From positions 512,001-576,000 of the forward strand of contig OZ243972.1 of NCBI GenBank assembly GCA_965214705.1: 64,000 bases of DNA, written 5' to 3'. The position numbers were made by a program, and so were the translations under genes. Of the stretch, positions 1-10,765 are shown piece after piece; position 1 is the first letter of the stretch, and each line of letters begins with the position of its first letter. Source of the DNA: Alphaproteobacteria bacterium. GTDB taxonomy: Bacteria > Pseudomonadota > Alphaproteobacteria > UBA828. The notes beneath the pieces are model-generated. The model saw nothing but the letters and a program-made list of their open reading frames with translations. It had not been told where the DNA came from and ran no database searches.

Positions 1-152
1 GTAGGGAGGGCGTAGCCCGACCGGAGTTCCTGGCCGCCGAAAAAAATCTTCCGAGGCCTCCTGGCATGGCGGCCGGTCGGGCAACGCTTGTGCTTTCCCG
101 AGTCGAAGGAGAGCGCAGGGGTGCCCGGCCGCCACGTCACCGATTGCCAGAA

Positions 153-2248
153 CCCATCTTTGCCACTTTTCGGTCCCGAAGGCCTGATTTTGGGTAGCCT
201 TTGGGATCTAAGGCACTGATTTTGTTGGATTGTGTTTTGGGAAGTCCATTGTAGTGCCATAATCTTTGGTCTGTGGGCCGGCGCTCCTTGACAGTCCGCA
301 AACTGTCCGTGACCCTGCCGCCATGTTCATTCGCAAAACCCTCACCGGTCGCGGAGACGGTGGCGAGCGCTATGCCACCTACCGCCTCGTGCGCAGCGAA
401 CGCATCGGCGGAAGGGTGCGCCAGGTCACGCTCCTCAATCTCGGCGCCGACTTCGGTGTGCCCGAGGAGCAATGGCGCGAATTGGCGCTTCTGATCGAAA
501 CCCTTCTCGCCGGCAGCGAGCCGCTGCTGGAGCCGGATGCCGCCTTGCGCCCCGTCGCCGAGGACGTCGTACGGCGGCTTCACGCCCGCGATCTCGGCGC
601 GTCGCGGCCCGGGGACGAGAGCGACCTGGCCACGGTCCGTCTCGATAGCCTCTCCCACGAACAGGTCCGCTCGGTGGGCTGCGAGCGCCTGGCTCTCGCC
701 GCGCTTGACGACCTTCGCTTCATCGAGACGCTGGAGAGGCTGGGCGCAAGTGAGCGCGACGCACGCATCGCGGCGGCACTGGTGGTCGCGCGCATGATCC
801 ATCCCTCCAGCGAGCGCGAGGCCTTCCGCTGGCTGAGCGCGAACAGCGCGACCCTGGAGTTGCTCGATGTCGACAGCGGCAAGTCGCTCACGCTCAGCAA
901 GCTCTACCGCATCGGCGACCTCTTGTGGCGTCACCGCGCGGCGCTTGAAGAGGCGCTGTGCGCCCGGGAGCGCGATCTCTTCGGCATCCCCGACACCATC
1001 GTCTTCTTCGACCTGACCAACACCCATATGACCGGACGGCCCAGCTCCGCGCTGGCCCGCTTCGGGCGCTCGAAGCAGAGGCGTGACGATTGTCCGATCG
1101 TGACCCTGGCCCTGTCGCTGAACCAGGCCGGCTTTCCGCAGCACAGCGAGATCCTGCCCGGCAACATCTCCGAGCCGGCCACTCTCGCCGACGCCATCGG
1201 GCGGCTGGAATGCCAAGCGCGCGGCAGCAACGCCCCCAGGCCCACGGTCATCATGGACGCCGGCATCTCCACCGAGGCCAACCTCGCCTGGCTGCGGGCG
1301 GGCGGCTATCACTGGATCACCGTTCGCCGCGGCGTCTCGGCGCCGCCCGGGCGCGAAGCCGATGCCGCCTTCGAAACCCGGGCCGGCCACGATGCCCGCG
1401 CCTGGCGTCTCGCGGCAGGGGACGACGAAGCGCACCTGTGCGTCTGGAGCCATGAGCGCCAGCAGAAGGACGAGGCCGTGCTCGCCCGTCAGCGTCACAA
1501 CTTCGAGGACGCCCTGCGCGCCCTGCATGGCGGGCTGTCGAAGAAGAACCACATCAAGCAGTTCACCAAGGTGATGGAGAAGCTGGGCCGGCTGAAGGAA
1601 AGGTACAGGCGCGTCCACCGTCAGTACGACATCGAGGTCGAGTCCGGAGAGAAGGGGCGGGCCAGTGCGGTCCGCTGGAGGCGCAACGCTCTCCATGCCG
1701 AGCGCGACCGCCAAGCGGGCATCTATGTGCTGCGCACCAGCCACGTCGAGTGGGATCTTGAAACCGTGGTCCGAACCTACTGGAAGCTCACAGAGCTCGA
1801 GGCCACCTTCCGCAGCCTGAAATCCGAAATCGGCCTGCGCCCGGTCTGGCACTCCAAGACCTCGCGCATCGCCGCCCACCTGTTCATCGCCGTCCTCGCC
1901 TACCACGCGGTTCATCTGCTGCGAACCCGTCTGGCGGCGCACGGCTTGCATGACCGCTGGAGTACGATCCGCGACAAGCTCGCGGGCTGGGTGCGTCTCA
2001 CCTCCACCATCCGGGAGGTGGACGGAAACCGCATCGTCATCCGCCAGGATGCTCAACCCGACGCCGAGGCGCGCGTCATCGCGCAGGCGGCGGGCCTCAC
2101 GGTGGATCCCCACAGGCGCCGGGCGGTGCTCCCGGGAGTGTCGCGATGAGCGCACAAACGTAGTGCCATAATCCCAGATGGGCCAGAAAATCAGCCCATC
2201 ATCGCAACTACTTAGGTCGCAGGCGCGCGCCAAAATGGCAAAGATGGG
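153..2248 (+). mobile_element. IS1634-family insertion sequence, copy A1 (2096 bp)
   Basis: Terminal inverted repeats CCCATCTTTGCCA (153) / TGGCAAAGATGGG (ends 2248). Near-identical to 50277-52372. Flanks AGAA vs TTGA, so no target duplication. Confidence 0.9.
323..2149 (+). CDS. IS1634-family DDE transposase
   Basis: MFIRKT...YRLVRSERIGGRVRQVTLLNLG N-terminus; FFDLTN, FGRSKQRRDD, VIMDAG, EATFRSLKSEIGLRPVWH motifs. ATG 323 preferred over the ORF-track start 266. Confidence 0.9.
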   Translation: MFIRKTLTGRGDGGERYATYRLVRSERIGGRVRQVTLLNLGADFGVPEEQWRELALLIETLLAGSEPLLEPDAALRPVAEDVVRRLHARDLGASRPGDESDLATVRLDSLSHEQVRSVGCERLALAALDDLRFIETLERLGASERDARIAAALVVARMIHPSSEREAFRWLSANSATLELLDVDSGKSLTLSKLYRIGDLLWRHRAALEEALCARERDLFGIPDTIVFFDLTNTHMTGRPSSALARFGRSKQRRDDCPIVTLALSLNQAGFPQHSEILPGNISEPATLADAIGRLECQARGSNAPRPTVIMDAGISTEANLAWLRAGGYHWITVRRGVSAPPGREADAAFETRAGHDARAWRLAAGDDEAHLCVWSHERQQKDEAVLARQRHNFEDALRALHGGLSKKNHIKQFTKVMEKLGRLKERYRRVHRQYDIEVESGEKGRASAVRWRRNALHAERDRQAGIYVLRTSHVEWDLETVVRTYWKLTELEATFRSLKSEIGLRPVWHSKTSRIAAHLFIAVLAYHAVHLLRTRLAAHGLHDRWSTIRDKLAGWVRLTSTIREVDGNRIVIRQDAQPDAEARVIAQAAGLTVDPHRRRAVLPGVSR

Positions 2249-2340
2249 TTGAGATCGCGGTCGCGCACGTCGTAGGCGGACTTGCGGGGCTTGAGCGCAT
2301 CGACCCGGCGCTCGCTGAGGCGAAGCGTCGCCATTGACAT
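2249..2340 (-). pseudogene. N-terminal fragment of a tyrosine integrase (arm-binding domain), cut by IS1634
   Basis: Own translation MSMATLRLSERRVDALKPRKSAYDVRDRDL, preceded by an AGGAGGA RBS, ending exactly at the IS end. Confidence 0.65.
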
Positions 2341-2459
2341 TCCTCCTGCGTTCCGTTGCAGCCGGGGCGAAATCGGGGATCGATTCCGTGTTCTCCGGCT
2401 AAATCAGGAGAAAAAAAGCAACGCTGTGTCAGCATGTTAGCACCGTAGGTGCGCCGTCA

Positions 2460-2910
2460 GGTGTGCAGTGCCCCATCATCATCAGCCCGAGCTGCTCAGC
2501 TGGCGGCGTCAGGTAGTCCCCGTTGAGACCTAGGCTCTCGTCCACCGGCACCAACGACGCGCAGCTCGCGCCGTTGGGCTAGCGAGCACGCTGATAGGTC
2601 ACAGGACCGAGCGTCGTCATGATCGTCTTCGGAGCCGCCGCCACCCGAAACCAGCTCTGTCCGTAACGCCCGATGCGGCTTGCACAGCCGTCCCGGCTCT
2701 CGGCATAGGATCCAAGGAGCTTGCAGCCCAGCCCGTTCATCCCGTCTCGCAGCCCCGTCGCAACCGTCCCGAACGCCTCAGCAGGCAGGTTCGACGCTGC
2801 CTGTTCGCGACAGAACGCCACCACCTGGGCGACCGCATCGGCCACTTCGGCAGGCAGGTCAGAAATATCGAGAGACGGGCGGGTGAGAGAATGCGTCACT
2901 GCCATGGGGA
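2460..2910 (-). pseudogene. Degenerate ISKra4-like transposase N-terminal fragment
   Basis: KTIMTTLGPVTYQRAR*, then in frame SLVPVDESLGL, then frameshifted DYLTPPAEQLGLMMMGHCTP. Confidence 0.55.
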
Positions 2911-3293
2911 CGCTCATAGTACCAAGTAATGTTGGGTTTTGGCGAGGCATCCTACCATATCTTGCGCTTCGGAGAGTTCCCACACACCACCGCTGGATGC
3001 CGTCGTGATAAAATTGAGCCCTATTGTCACGAAAGCCCGGATTTGGCTGTCCACAGACAACACTCAATCCAACCTACTCACTGACTTCCAAACTCCATGT
3101 CAGACCTACACCCCGCGCAAACCTTTCATACACGTTGACATCACCATTTGTTTCCTCCAACGTACTCAAACTACACATTTCCGTAAAACCTTCCCTGCTA
3201 ACGTCCCTGATGGCCAAACCAAGCGCAAACCAAGAACAACAGCTCGATCACTCAACACTTTGCGCGCGATCTGAATTTCAAGGAGATGACGCC

Positions 3294-6153
3294 GTGGATC
3301 ACGTCCTTGCGAAACTCGATGAGGAAAAGAGAATTCGACAAAGTTTGGGGGAACAGCGGGCTTATGCTGAATACTGTCGCATCGAAGTAGAATATGCCCT
3401 ATCTTTCGTGTTAGGATATTTATGGAACAAGAATATTTTTGACACCAACCCCCTTGATGATGACGATTGCGAAACAATTTTTAACAATATCACACGCCCA
3501 AGCATTGGTACTATTGTTGACATTTGCAGAAGGCTCGATCTACGATGAGAAATATTTGGTAAGCCCATCGAACGGACTGCTACCAAATATGCTGAAATAC
3601 GCAATAAATTCTTTGGACACGGGTTCCTGCATGACGACAAACTGGAGGATGTCCTGTCGTACTTGAATACTATTCAAGCCGGCCTTATTGGCGATAATAG
3701 TATACTGGCACGGCCAATCGACCTTGTGCAACCGATGACTATAGAGTCGAATACCGCATATGGAATTCGCTATTGTCCGAATATGAAAAGAGAACAATGG
3801 CAATGTTCACTCGACGTATGCAACTTCTTGAAGGGTAATGTATATGCGATGTTTGGCACCAACGAATATGTCCGCCTATCGCCCTTTATACATATTCAAG
3901 ACGGAGAGTTTTACGTCTACAAGTCCGTGACGGATCTGATTACCGGAAGAACAATATACAACAAGCTCTTTCATACAGGTACGACGGTAACGCATTGGCC
4001 AGATTTTACCAAAGATAGGACAAATGATGGCGTGCGCAGAACAAGTCAAAATGGAACGGTACTTAATGTTTACCAAGAAAATTCTCGACGATATATTGAT
4101 ATGGGCTTTAAAAAGGTCATTAGAAATTTTTTGATTGATGATCGGTCCTCCGTGTGTGCTATTGTGTGGGGGCATGGAGGAGTAGGAAAAACGGCAACGG
4201 TTCAAAGTGTATGTAAGGATCTTTCCTTGGCAGAGAAATGTTTCGATTATAAGGCTTATCCCTCTGGCTCCGGTTCCCCAACATGTTGTACCGGCCACCT
4301 CGGCGGCGGTATCCGACACGGTCGCAGTTCCTTCCGTGTCTCAATGGGTTGCCCGTAAAGTGCCCAGCGATCCGGCACCCCACATATGGAGAAGCCGGAT
4401 GTAAGGGGATAAGCCTTTCGATTATATCGTATTTGCTTCCGCAAAAGATCGAGCTTTCAGCTACCTTTTGGGAGACATATCTACAATCAATGATCCAATT
4501 GAATCCTACGAAAATCTGATAGAGTGCATAAACTCAACGATACGTGCGGAAGAGACCCAAGGCACGGATCAGATTAGGAGCTTTGAGGGAAGAATACTAA
4601 TTGTCGTTGACGACTACGAAACATTTTCACCAGAAGATCGGCATCATATCCAGGCGTTCATTAGCGAGTTGGACACAAGCAAACACAAGGTAATTATTAC
4701 GACTCGGGCAGCTGCCATTACGACGGGCGTACGAATTAACACTCGAGAGTTGGAGCTTGGAGAGACGATTAGGTTTCTAGAAGAGGTTTTAAAGCTCGAC
4801 GAATTCGCCGGACGGGGAATAGGAAGCTCAATTGATCTAAAGGTTCCCGAGGTGCGGAGAAAAGTTTATGAGATAACAAGTGGAAGGCCATTGTTTATTT
4901 TTCAGTTCGCTCACACTCTAGCTCAGGCGGGAATGGAAAGCGCGTTAGCACAGGATTTTAAGAATCAGGAAGAAGCCAGAGAATTTTTGTACGGAAGAAT
5001 ATTTGAGTACCTGTCTCCTGAGGCCCACCTCATATTTTGCGCTGCGGGTCAACTCGTTTCTGAAAAGGACTTGACGAATCTTCTTAGTAAATTGCGATAT
5101 GTGGTGAATATGGATGGGAATGAAGAGGGTTTTCGAAATTGTATTCGTGAACTTCTCGATTTGAGAATCATTGAGGTGGTACACGAGGAGTTCTTTAGTG
5201 TTTACTCAGTTGAGATATTGGGCATAATGAAGAAGCGGTTTTTGGATATTCATGCGTCAAAGAAGGGTGATATCATTCACAGGGTGCAGCAAGTCAAACC
5301 TGACAAGGCTCAGGATGTTGAACAAGCATTGCTGCGACGTGCAGATGAAGCCCGAACAACGAATAGTCCGCAGGATGTTGAAGCCATGTACAGAGAGATA
5401 TTGAATCGTTCGCGTAGTCCGAAGGACATTCGATCTAAGGCGCTTCGAAATCTGGCCAGCTATTTCTGGTCTGAGAGAGACAATAAAGAGCGGGCAATTG
5501 AGTTGCTTGAGCAACACATTCATATGGAGGAGTTCCGTTACGAGCCGGAGTTAGCTAAGCTGTTGGCAAATCTACATTGGCAATGCAGGAATGGAGATAA
5601 AGCGATCGAAGTGTTGTACCAATATTTTGGTCCAAATATATGGGAAAGAGATGGCCGTGAGAGTAGCATGGAGTTGTTGGGGCTTTGGCTTATGTTTCGT
5701 TCGAAGCTGATAGTGGAGCGAAGCGAAAATATTGAGGCTAGGAGTAGGACAGAAAACTGGGATGAGCAAAGATATCACGGTCAATGCAAAAACGTGTTTC
5801 AAGATTTCCGAACCCTTTTCAATCGTTTCGGCCGTCCGTTATTTCATAGGGTTAGACAGAGTGGTCTAAAGGAGCTCGCCCCAGGTGAGCACCATAACAT
5901 TATAACGGGACTCTATCATTTTAGCGGCGCTTGTTTAAGGTTTGAGGAAAGCGACTTGGCCATGGAGATTTGTGACTTTGCACTAAGGAACGGTAAAACG
6001 GGTACGATGACGCAGGAATTTCAAAGAAGAAGGAAGCTTGCCAGACAAGGCTTCAAGCCAAGCAGACGGGAAGGTGGTAGGGTTCCTCGCCTTAAAGGGC
6101 CGACGGCGATGTCAGAGGCCTTTGATAGGGCAGGACGCGGGCGAAGTCCCTGA
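3294..6153 (+). pseudogene. HEPN-like / STAND (NB-ARC-like) NTPase / TPR protein, disrupted by an in-frame TGA and a MITE
   Basis: ORFs 3024-3548 and 3663-4358 share a frame separated by a single TGA (3546-3548). Removing 175 bp joins them to 4468-6153. Motifs RNKFFGHG, GHGGVGKT, FDYIVFASAKDR, IVVDDYE, VIITTR, SGRPLFI and a helical C-terminus. GTG 3294 follows AAGGAGA. Confidence 0.8.
4251..4417. mobile_element. 167-bp MITE, IS1595-family-like ends
   Basis: IR AAGGCTTATCCC / GGGATAAGCCTT; direct repeat TCGATTAT at 4243-4250 and 4418-4425. Confidence 0.85.
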
Positions 6154-6637
6154 GGTGCGACGCGGCCTTAGGAATGCGTTTTGGCGCTGTAGGGGTGCGC
6201 AGTGATAGAAGGGATAGCTGCTAAGGGTAGTTGTTTGTCATTTGAAGGCACGGTGGTGGCGTGGTCGACAGATTCAGCTGCGTGGGAGAAAGCTACGGCA
6301 AATGCGTCCCCCTACTGGAAGTCGAGCCGCAGTAGAGCACCGCGAATCCAGTCGCCTCAATCCATGGAAGGGTTGGCGGCCGATGATCAGACGCAGGCTC
6401 TAATCATGACTGCGAACTCAAAGAGGCCATTCTGGAGAAACTTGCCCTAATGTCGAGGAACTCAAGTGCGGGGAGCGTTACATTGGTCGTCGAGGGCTTA
6501 GGGTCGCGCACAATACCGGACAGAAGCCACGCACGCACCCGGTCGGCTTCGAGATCGTCCGGCGAAGCGTTTAGAGCTTGGTCAGATGCTAGAATTCGCA
6601 GTTGTAGATGATCTGCGTGGTCTCGGACAGATTGGCA

Positions 6638-7076
6638 ATGCCCATCTGGTCCATCATCCGCTGGCTGAAAGGCGTCCCCTTTGTCGCGTCGGCTGTGTTG
6701 TCGGTCATGATGGATCACCGCCGTCGCAGGCGAGAGCGGCACCGGCGAGCTGGTCACCAGCTTCGAGCGCGACTACGTCTCGTTCGACCACGCTGGCGGA
6801 ACGGTCACGGGCGGCACCTTGCGAGATACGACGACCGTCACCGGGAGCAGCGGCGGTCCGTTCGCGGTGGGCGAAAGCAGCCTCGTGGTGTGCCTCGCCT
6901 ACGTGACGAAGACGGATGCCGGCATGGACCTCGAAGCGCCTTGCACGAACACGGACGCGTCGGGCGACACATCGTTCTGGAGGGCAAGGAGGACTGCGGG
7001 CGATACCGAGGCCGGCGGCGAGGAGCTGCGCGGGAGCTGCTTGGGGGCACCGGCAAGTATGCCGGCTTGAGCGGCG
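6638..7076 (+). pseudogene. Frameshifted secreted beta-barrel (dirigent/allene-oxide-cyclase-like) protein remnant
   Basis: Signal-like MPIWSIIRWLKGVPFVASAVLSV, then WITAVAGESGTGELVTSFERDYVSF...APCTNTDASGD in another frame, then ELLGGTGKYAGLSG. Confidence 0.4.
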
Positions 7077-7610
7077 GTGTCGCGAATCGAAGCGGCGAAC
7101 TACCAGGCGATGCTGACGTCGCATCTCGGCTTCTCGGTCAGGCGGGGCTATGTGGCGCTCGACGCCCGCGTGTCGGGGCGCACTTGGCGCTTCGTGAACA
7201 CGCACCTGGAAGCGTTTTCGGGCGAGGTTCGGCAAGCGCAGGCACGGGAGCTGCTCGCGGCTCTCGCAGGCGAGGCCCTCCCCCTGATCCTGTCGGGAGA
7301 CTTCAATTCCGACGCGGGCGCGCCGCAGGGCGATCCTTCCAGGACGGTCTACGACCTGCTGACGTCGCAGGGATACGAGGATGCCTGGCAGAACGGCGCC
7401 GGGACCGAGGCGACGTGCTGCCAGGCCTCCGATCTTCGCAATGCGGAGAGCGGCCTGTCGGTGCGGATTGACCACATCTTCATTCGCAATGCCGGCGGGT
7501 CGTCCGTCATTGCAGCGGGCACCGTCGGCGACCGGCCCTCCGATCGCCTTGCGTCGGGCCTCTGGCCTTCGGACCACGCCGGGGTAATCGTTTCGCTTGG
7601 CAACCCGTAG
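7077..7610 (+). pseudogene. C-terminal half of an endonuclease/exonuclease/phosphatase (EEP) family protein
   Basis: FVNTHLE, ILSGDFNS, RIDHIF and PSDHAGV motifs present; the N-terminal N/QE motifs are missing. Confidence 0.7.
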
Positions 7611-8470
7611 ATGGTGCCCGGAACGGGCAAGCTTGGCGAAGAGGCAGGGGCAGGGCCACCGGCCCGGTCCCACCGACGACGAAGGCGAGCGCTTGATAGC
7701 CAAATTCTACCGGCTGCCAGACAAGGGATTGGAGGGGCCGGGGCGCAGCGCAATGGTTGCGCTGGTGCGTGGCATCTCCTGGCGGCAGCGCACCGGTGGC
7801 CTCCATTCCGGGCCGCCGTGGAAGGTGAGGCAGTGCCGCGCCGCAGGCCGGTGCCACCCGCGAGGAACCGGCTGCGTCGATCGCGCGGACTCTGCTCTGT
7901 TGGGGCGGACTTCGGCAAGTTTGCAGACATCTGGAAAATGCCGCGCAGGCAACTCCACCCATTGAATTGCGGAGCTGGCACGCGGGCGCCATCGGAATCG
8001 CGGCAACGATAGCGCCCGTCGGGCCTTGGCAGCATTGGGCTGGCGCCCGCCACAAGTTCTGTAATTCGAAAGTCATTATCGAATTTCGAGAGTGCTGAGG
8101 CGACGAGGGTACGCGGGAGTTCGACTTGAGGTGGTACCTATGTGGTATCTAAATTCTAGGGCAGAAACTGCATGAGGAAGCAGACGGGAACCTAACATAT
8201 TATTATACATCATAAAATGCGATTATCTTACGCCGCCTTGAATGGTGAGGCACGTCGCGTCAGATACAATGGTGCGGTGCACGGCGCGCGGCGGGTGCGC
8301 CATCATCGCGCCATGACGTGCAAGAACGGACATGTCGCGACAGGCGGGATGAGCGTACGCGCCAGACGCCTATTCCGCGCGCTCGATCCTTCTTTCGCGC
8401 GCGGGACCTTACAGGCCCGCGCGACAATCCGCGCCGTCGCCACCGCAATCGGCCGTGGCTGCGGATCGAG

Positions 8471-8520
8471 AGAGGCCGCCTTGGGCCACTTTGGGCCGCT
8501 TTGGGCCGGAGTAGGCCGCC
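8471..8520. repeat. Five 10-bp-period units with a GGCC core
   Basis: agaggccgcc ttgggccact ttgggccgct ttgggccgga gtaggccgcc. Confidence 0.6.
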
Positions 8521-8546
8521 TAAAGAAACATTTTCCGGGTAACGAC

Positions 8547-9857
8547 TCAGAGGATGAACTTGCTGAGGTCGGCGTCCTTGGCGAGGTCGCCCACATGGGC
8601 CTCGACGTAGGTCGCATCGATGGTGATGGTCTCGCCGGAGCGGTCGGCGGCCTCGAAGCTGATGTCCTCCAGCAGCTTCTCCATCACCGTGTGCAGCCTG
8701 CGCGCGCCGATGTTCTCGACCGCGCGGTTGACCTCGGCGGCGAGGTCCGAGAGCGCGTCGATGGCGCAGTCGCTGAAGTCGAGCGTCACGTTCTCGGTCT
8801 GCATCAGCGCGCGGTACTGGCGGATCAGGCTGTTCTCGGGCTCGGTCAGGATCTTCTTCAGGTCATCGCGGGCGAGCGAATTAAGCTCCACCCGGATCGG
8901 CAACCGGCCCTGGAGCTCGGGCAGCAGGTCCGCAGGCTTCGCAAGGTGGAAGGCGCCGGAGGCGATGAAGAGGATGTGGTCGGTTGTGAGCGCGCCGTGC
9001 TTGGTGGTGACCGTGGTGCCTTCGATCAGCGGCAGCAGGTCGCGCTGCACGCCCTCGCGACTCACGTCGGCGCCGAGGCGGTCGGAGCGGGCGCAGATCT
9101 TGTCGATCTCGTCGATGAAGACGATGCCGTCGTTCTGGGCGTTCTCCAGCGCGTTGCGCACGACCACGTCCTGATCCAACAGCCGGTCGCTCTCCTCCGC
9201 CATCAGGGTGTCGTAGGAGTCCTCCACGCTCATGCGCTTGATCTTCTTCTGCTCGCCGAACGCCTTGCCGAGCATGTCGCCGAGATTGACCATGCCCATC
9301 TGGGCGCCGGGCATGCCGGGGATATCGAAGGTCGGCAGCGACGAGGCGGCGGACTCGCTCACCTCGATGTCCACCTCCTTCTCGGCGAGCGAGCCGTCGC
9401 GCAGCATCTTGCGGAACTTGCCGCGGGTCTCCTTGGTCGCGTTCTTGCCGACGAGCGCGTCGAGCACCCGCTCCTCGGCGTTGAGCTCGGCTTTGGCCGC
9501 CACCTCTTTGCGCATGCGCTCGCGGGTCATGTGGATCGAGACCTCGACCAGGTCGCGCACGATCTGCTCCACGTCGCGGCCGACGTAGCCGACCTCGGTG
9601 AACTTGGTCGCCTCGACCTTGATGAAAGGCGCCTGCGCGAGGCGGGCGAGGCGGCGCGCGATCTCGGTCTTGCCGACGCCGGTGGGGCCGATCATCAGGA
9701 TGTTCTTGGGCAGCACCTCCTCGCGCAGGTCGTCCGCCAGCTGCTGGCGCCGCCAGCGGTTGCGAAGCGCGATGGCGACGGAGCGCTTGGCGTCGTCCTG
9801 GCCGATGATAAAGCGGTCGAGCTCGGAGACGATCTCGCGGGGGCTGAAGCCGGTCAT
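8547..9857 (-). CDS. hslU: ATP-dependent protease ATPase subunit HslU
   Basis: [46 protein letters not shown]. Confidence 0.98.
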   Translation of the reverse strand: MTGFSPREIVSELDRFIIGQDDAKRSVAIALRNRWRRQQLADDLREEVLPKNILMIGPTGVGKTEIARRLARLAQAPFIKVEATKFTEVGYVGRDVEQIVRDLVEVSIHMTRERMRKEVAAKAELNAEERVLDALVGKNATKETRGKFRKMLRDGSLAEKEVDIEVSESAASSLPTFDIPGMPGAQMGMVNLGDMLGKAFGEQKKIKRMSVEDSYDTLMAEESDRLLDQDVVVRNALENAQNDGIVFIDEIDKICARSDRLGADVSREGVQRDLLPLIEGTTVTTKHGALTTDHILFIASGAFHLAKPADLLPELQGRLPIRVELNSLARDDLKKILTEPENSLIRQYRALMQTENVTLDFSDCAIDALSDLAAEVNRAVENIGARRLHTVMEKLLEDISFEAADRSGETITIDATYVEAHVGDLAKDADLSKFIL

Positions 9858-10417
9858 GACTCGATCTTCTCCAACACGATCTCGGTGTTGGTGTAGATGC
9901 AGATGTCGGCGGCGATGGCCATGGCGCGGCGCGCGACCTCCTCGGCGTCGATGCCTTCGATGTCGAGCAGCGCCCGCGCCGCTGCCAGCGCGTAAGACCC
10001 GCCAGAGCCGATGCCGATCAGCCCATCCGCCGGCTCCAGCACGTCGCCGGTGCCGGTGAGCACCAGCGAGACCTCGCTGTCGGCCACCGCCATCATCGCC
10101 TCCAGCCGACGCAGATAGCGGTCGGTGCGCCAGTCCTTGGCGAGCTCAACACAGGCGCGGGTGAGCTGGCCCGGGTGCTGCTCCAGCTTGCCCTCCAGCC
10201 GCTCGAAGAGGGTGAAGGCATCGGCCGTGGCACCGGCGAAGCCCGCGATGATGCCGCCCTCGCCGAGGCGCCGGACCTTGCGGGCGTTGGCCTTGATGAC
10301 CGTCTGCCCGAGAGTGACCTGGCCGTCGCCGGCGACGACCACCATGTCCCCCTTGCGGACGGAAAGGATCGTCGTCCCGTGCCACACCGGCCCGCCCCGC
10401 CGCTCTTCCTCGGTCAT
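9854..10417 (-). CDS. hslV: ATP-dependent protease peptidase subunit HslV
   Basis: [39 protein letters not shown]; overlaps the hslU start. Confidence 0.97.
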   Translation of the reverse strand: MTEEERRGGPVWHGTTILSVRKGDMVVVAGDGQVTLGQTVIKANARKVRRLGEGGIIAGFAGATADAFTLFERLEGKLEQHPGQLTRACVELAKDWRTDRYLRRLEAMMAVADSEVSLVLTGTGDVLEPADGLIGIGSGGSYALAAARALLDIEGIDAEEVARRAMAIAADICIYTNTEIVLEKIES

Positions 10418-10559
10418 GGTCCCCTGCCTCGCCCGCCTCGCTCGCACCATGTGGGCATTCCCCGCGTACGGTCAAGGGCCGGGGGGAGCGGCGCCGGCGC
10501 GGCCCCGCCGGCCTTGCCAATGCCGCGCGCGCGGTGCTAAGCCCGAGCGTTGGCGGCAC

Positions 10560-10634
10560 GGGCGCTTAGCTCAGGGGGAGAGCGCTTGCTTGACATGCAA
10601 GAGGTCGCTGGTTCAAATCCAGCAGCGCCCACCA
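10560..10634 (+). tRNA. tRNA-Val(GAC)
   Basis: GGGCGCT/AGCGCCC acceptor stem, GCTC/GAGC D-stem, CTTGC-TTGACAT-GCAAG anticodon arm, GGTTCAAATCC T-loop, encoded CCA. Confidence 0.97.
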
Positions 10635-10765
10635 GGCCGCAACGACCGGCCGCGAGCACAGGCTGAACGGCGGGAGCAGGGCGCCCCGCTCCCGCCTCGT
10701 ATCCCCATGCCAGCCGCCCCACTGAAGCCGAGCGCGCGACCGGTGACGCTGCACGAGCCAGAGCG

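Noticed and set aside
1-152. Hairpin-rich IS-end-like sequence (GGGCGTAGCCC)
   Set aside because: Truncated by the window edge; too little sequence to assign.
137-2233. Long antisense/alternate-frame ORFs (137-2233, 8217-9896, 13299-15314, 20233-22233, 28494-30671, 44075-45793, 50193-52700, 52559-54832 and similar)
   Set aside because: Shadows of well-supported genes in high-GC DNA, with no recognisable motifs.
3546-3548. Selenocysteine or programmed read-through of the TGA
   Set aside because: No evident SECIS-like hairpin or redox motif, and the gene is independently broken by a MITE; a nonsense mutation or sequencing error is simpler.
6154-6630. Short ORFs 6202-6450 and 6404-6757
   Set aside because: No motif, RBS or codon pattern supporting a real gene.
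8190-8230. dif site (minus strand TAATCGCAT...TATGTTA)
   Set aside because: The half-sites are not at the 11-6-11 spacing.
8471-8520. CRISPR array
   Set aside because: 10-bp tandem units without spacers; no cas genes or repeat-spacer array anywhere in the window.
10560-10634. tRNA-Val as an integration site
   Set aside because: No duplicated 3' end or adjacent integrase seen in the window.
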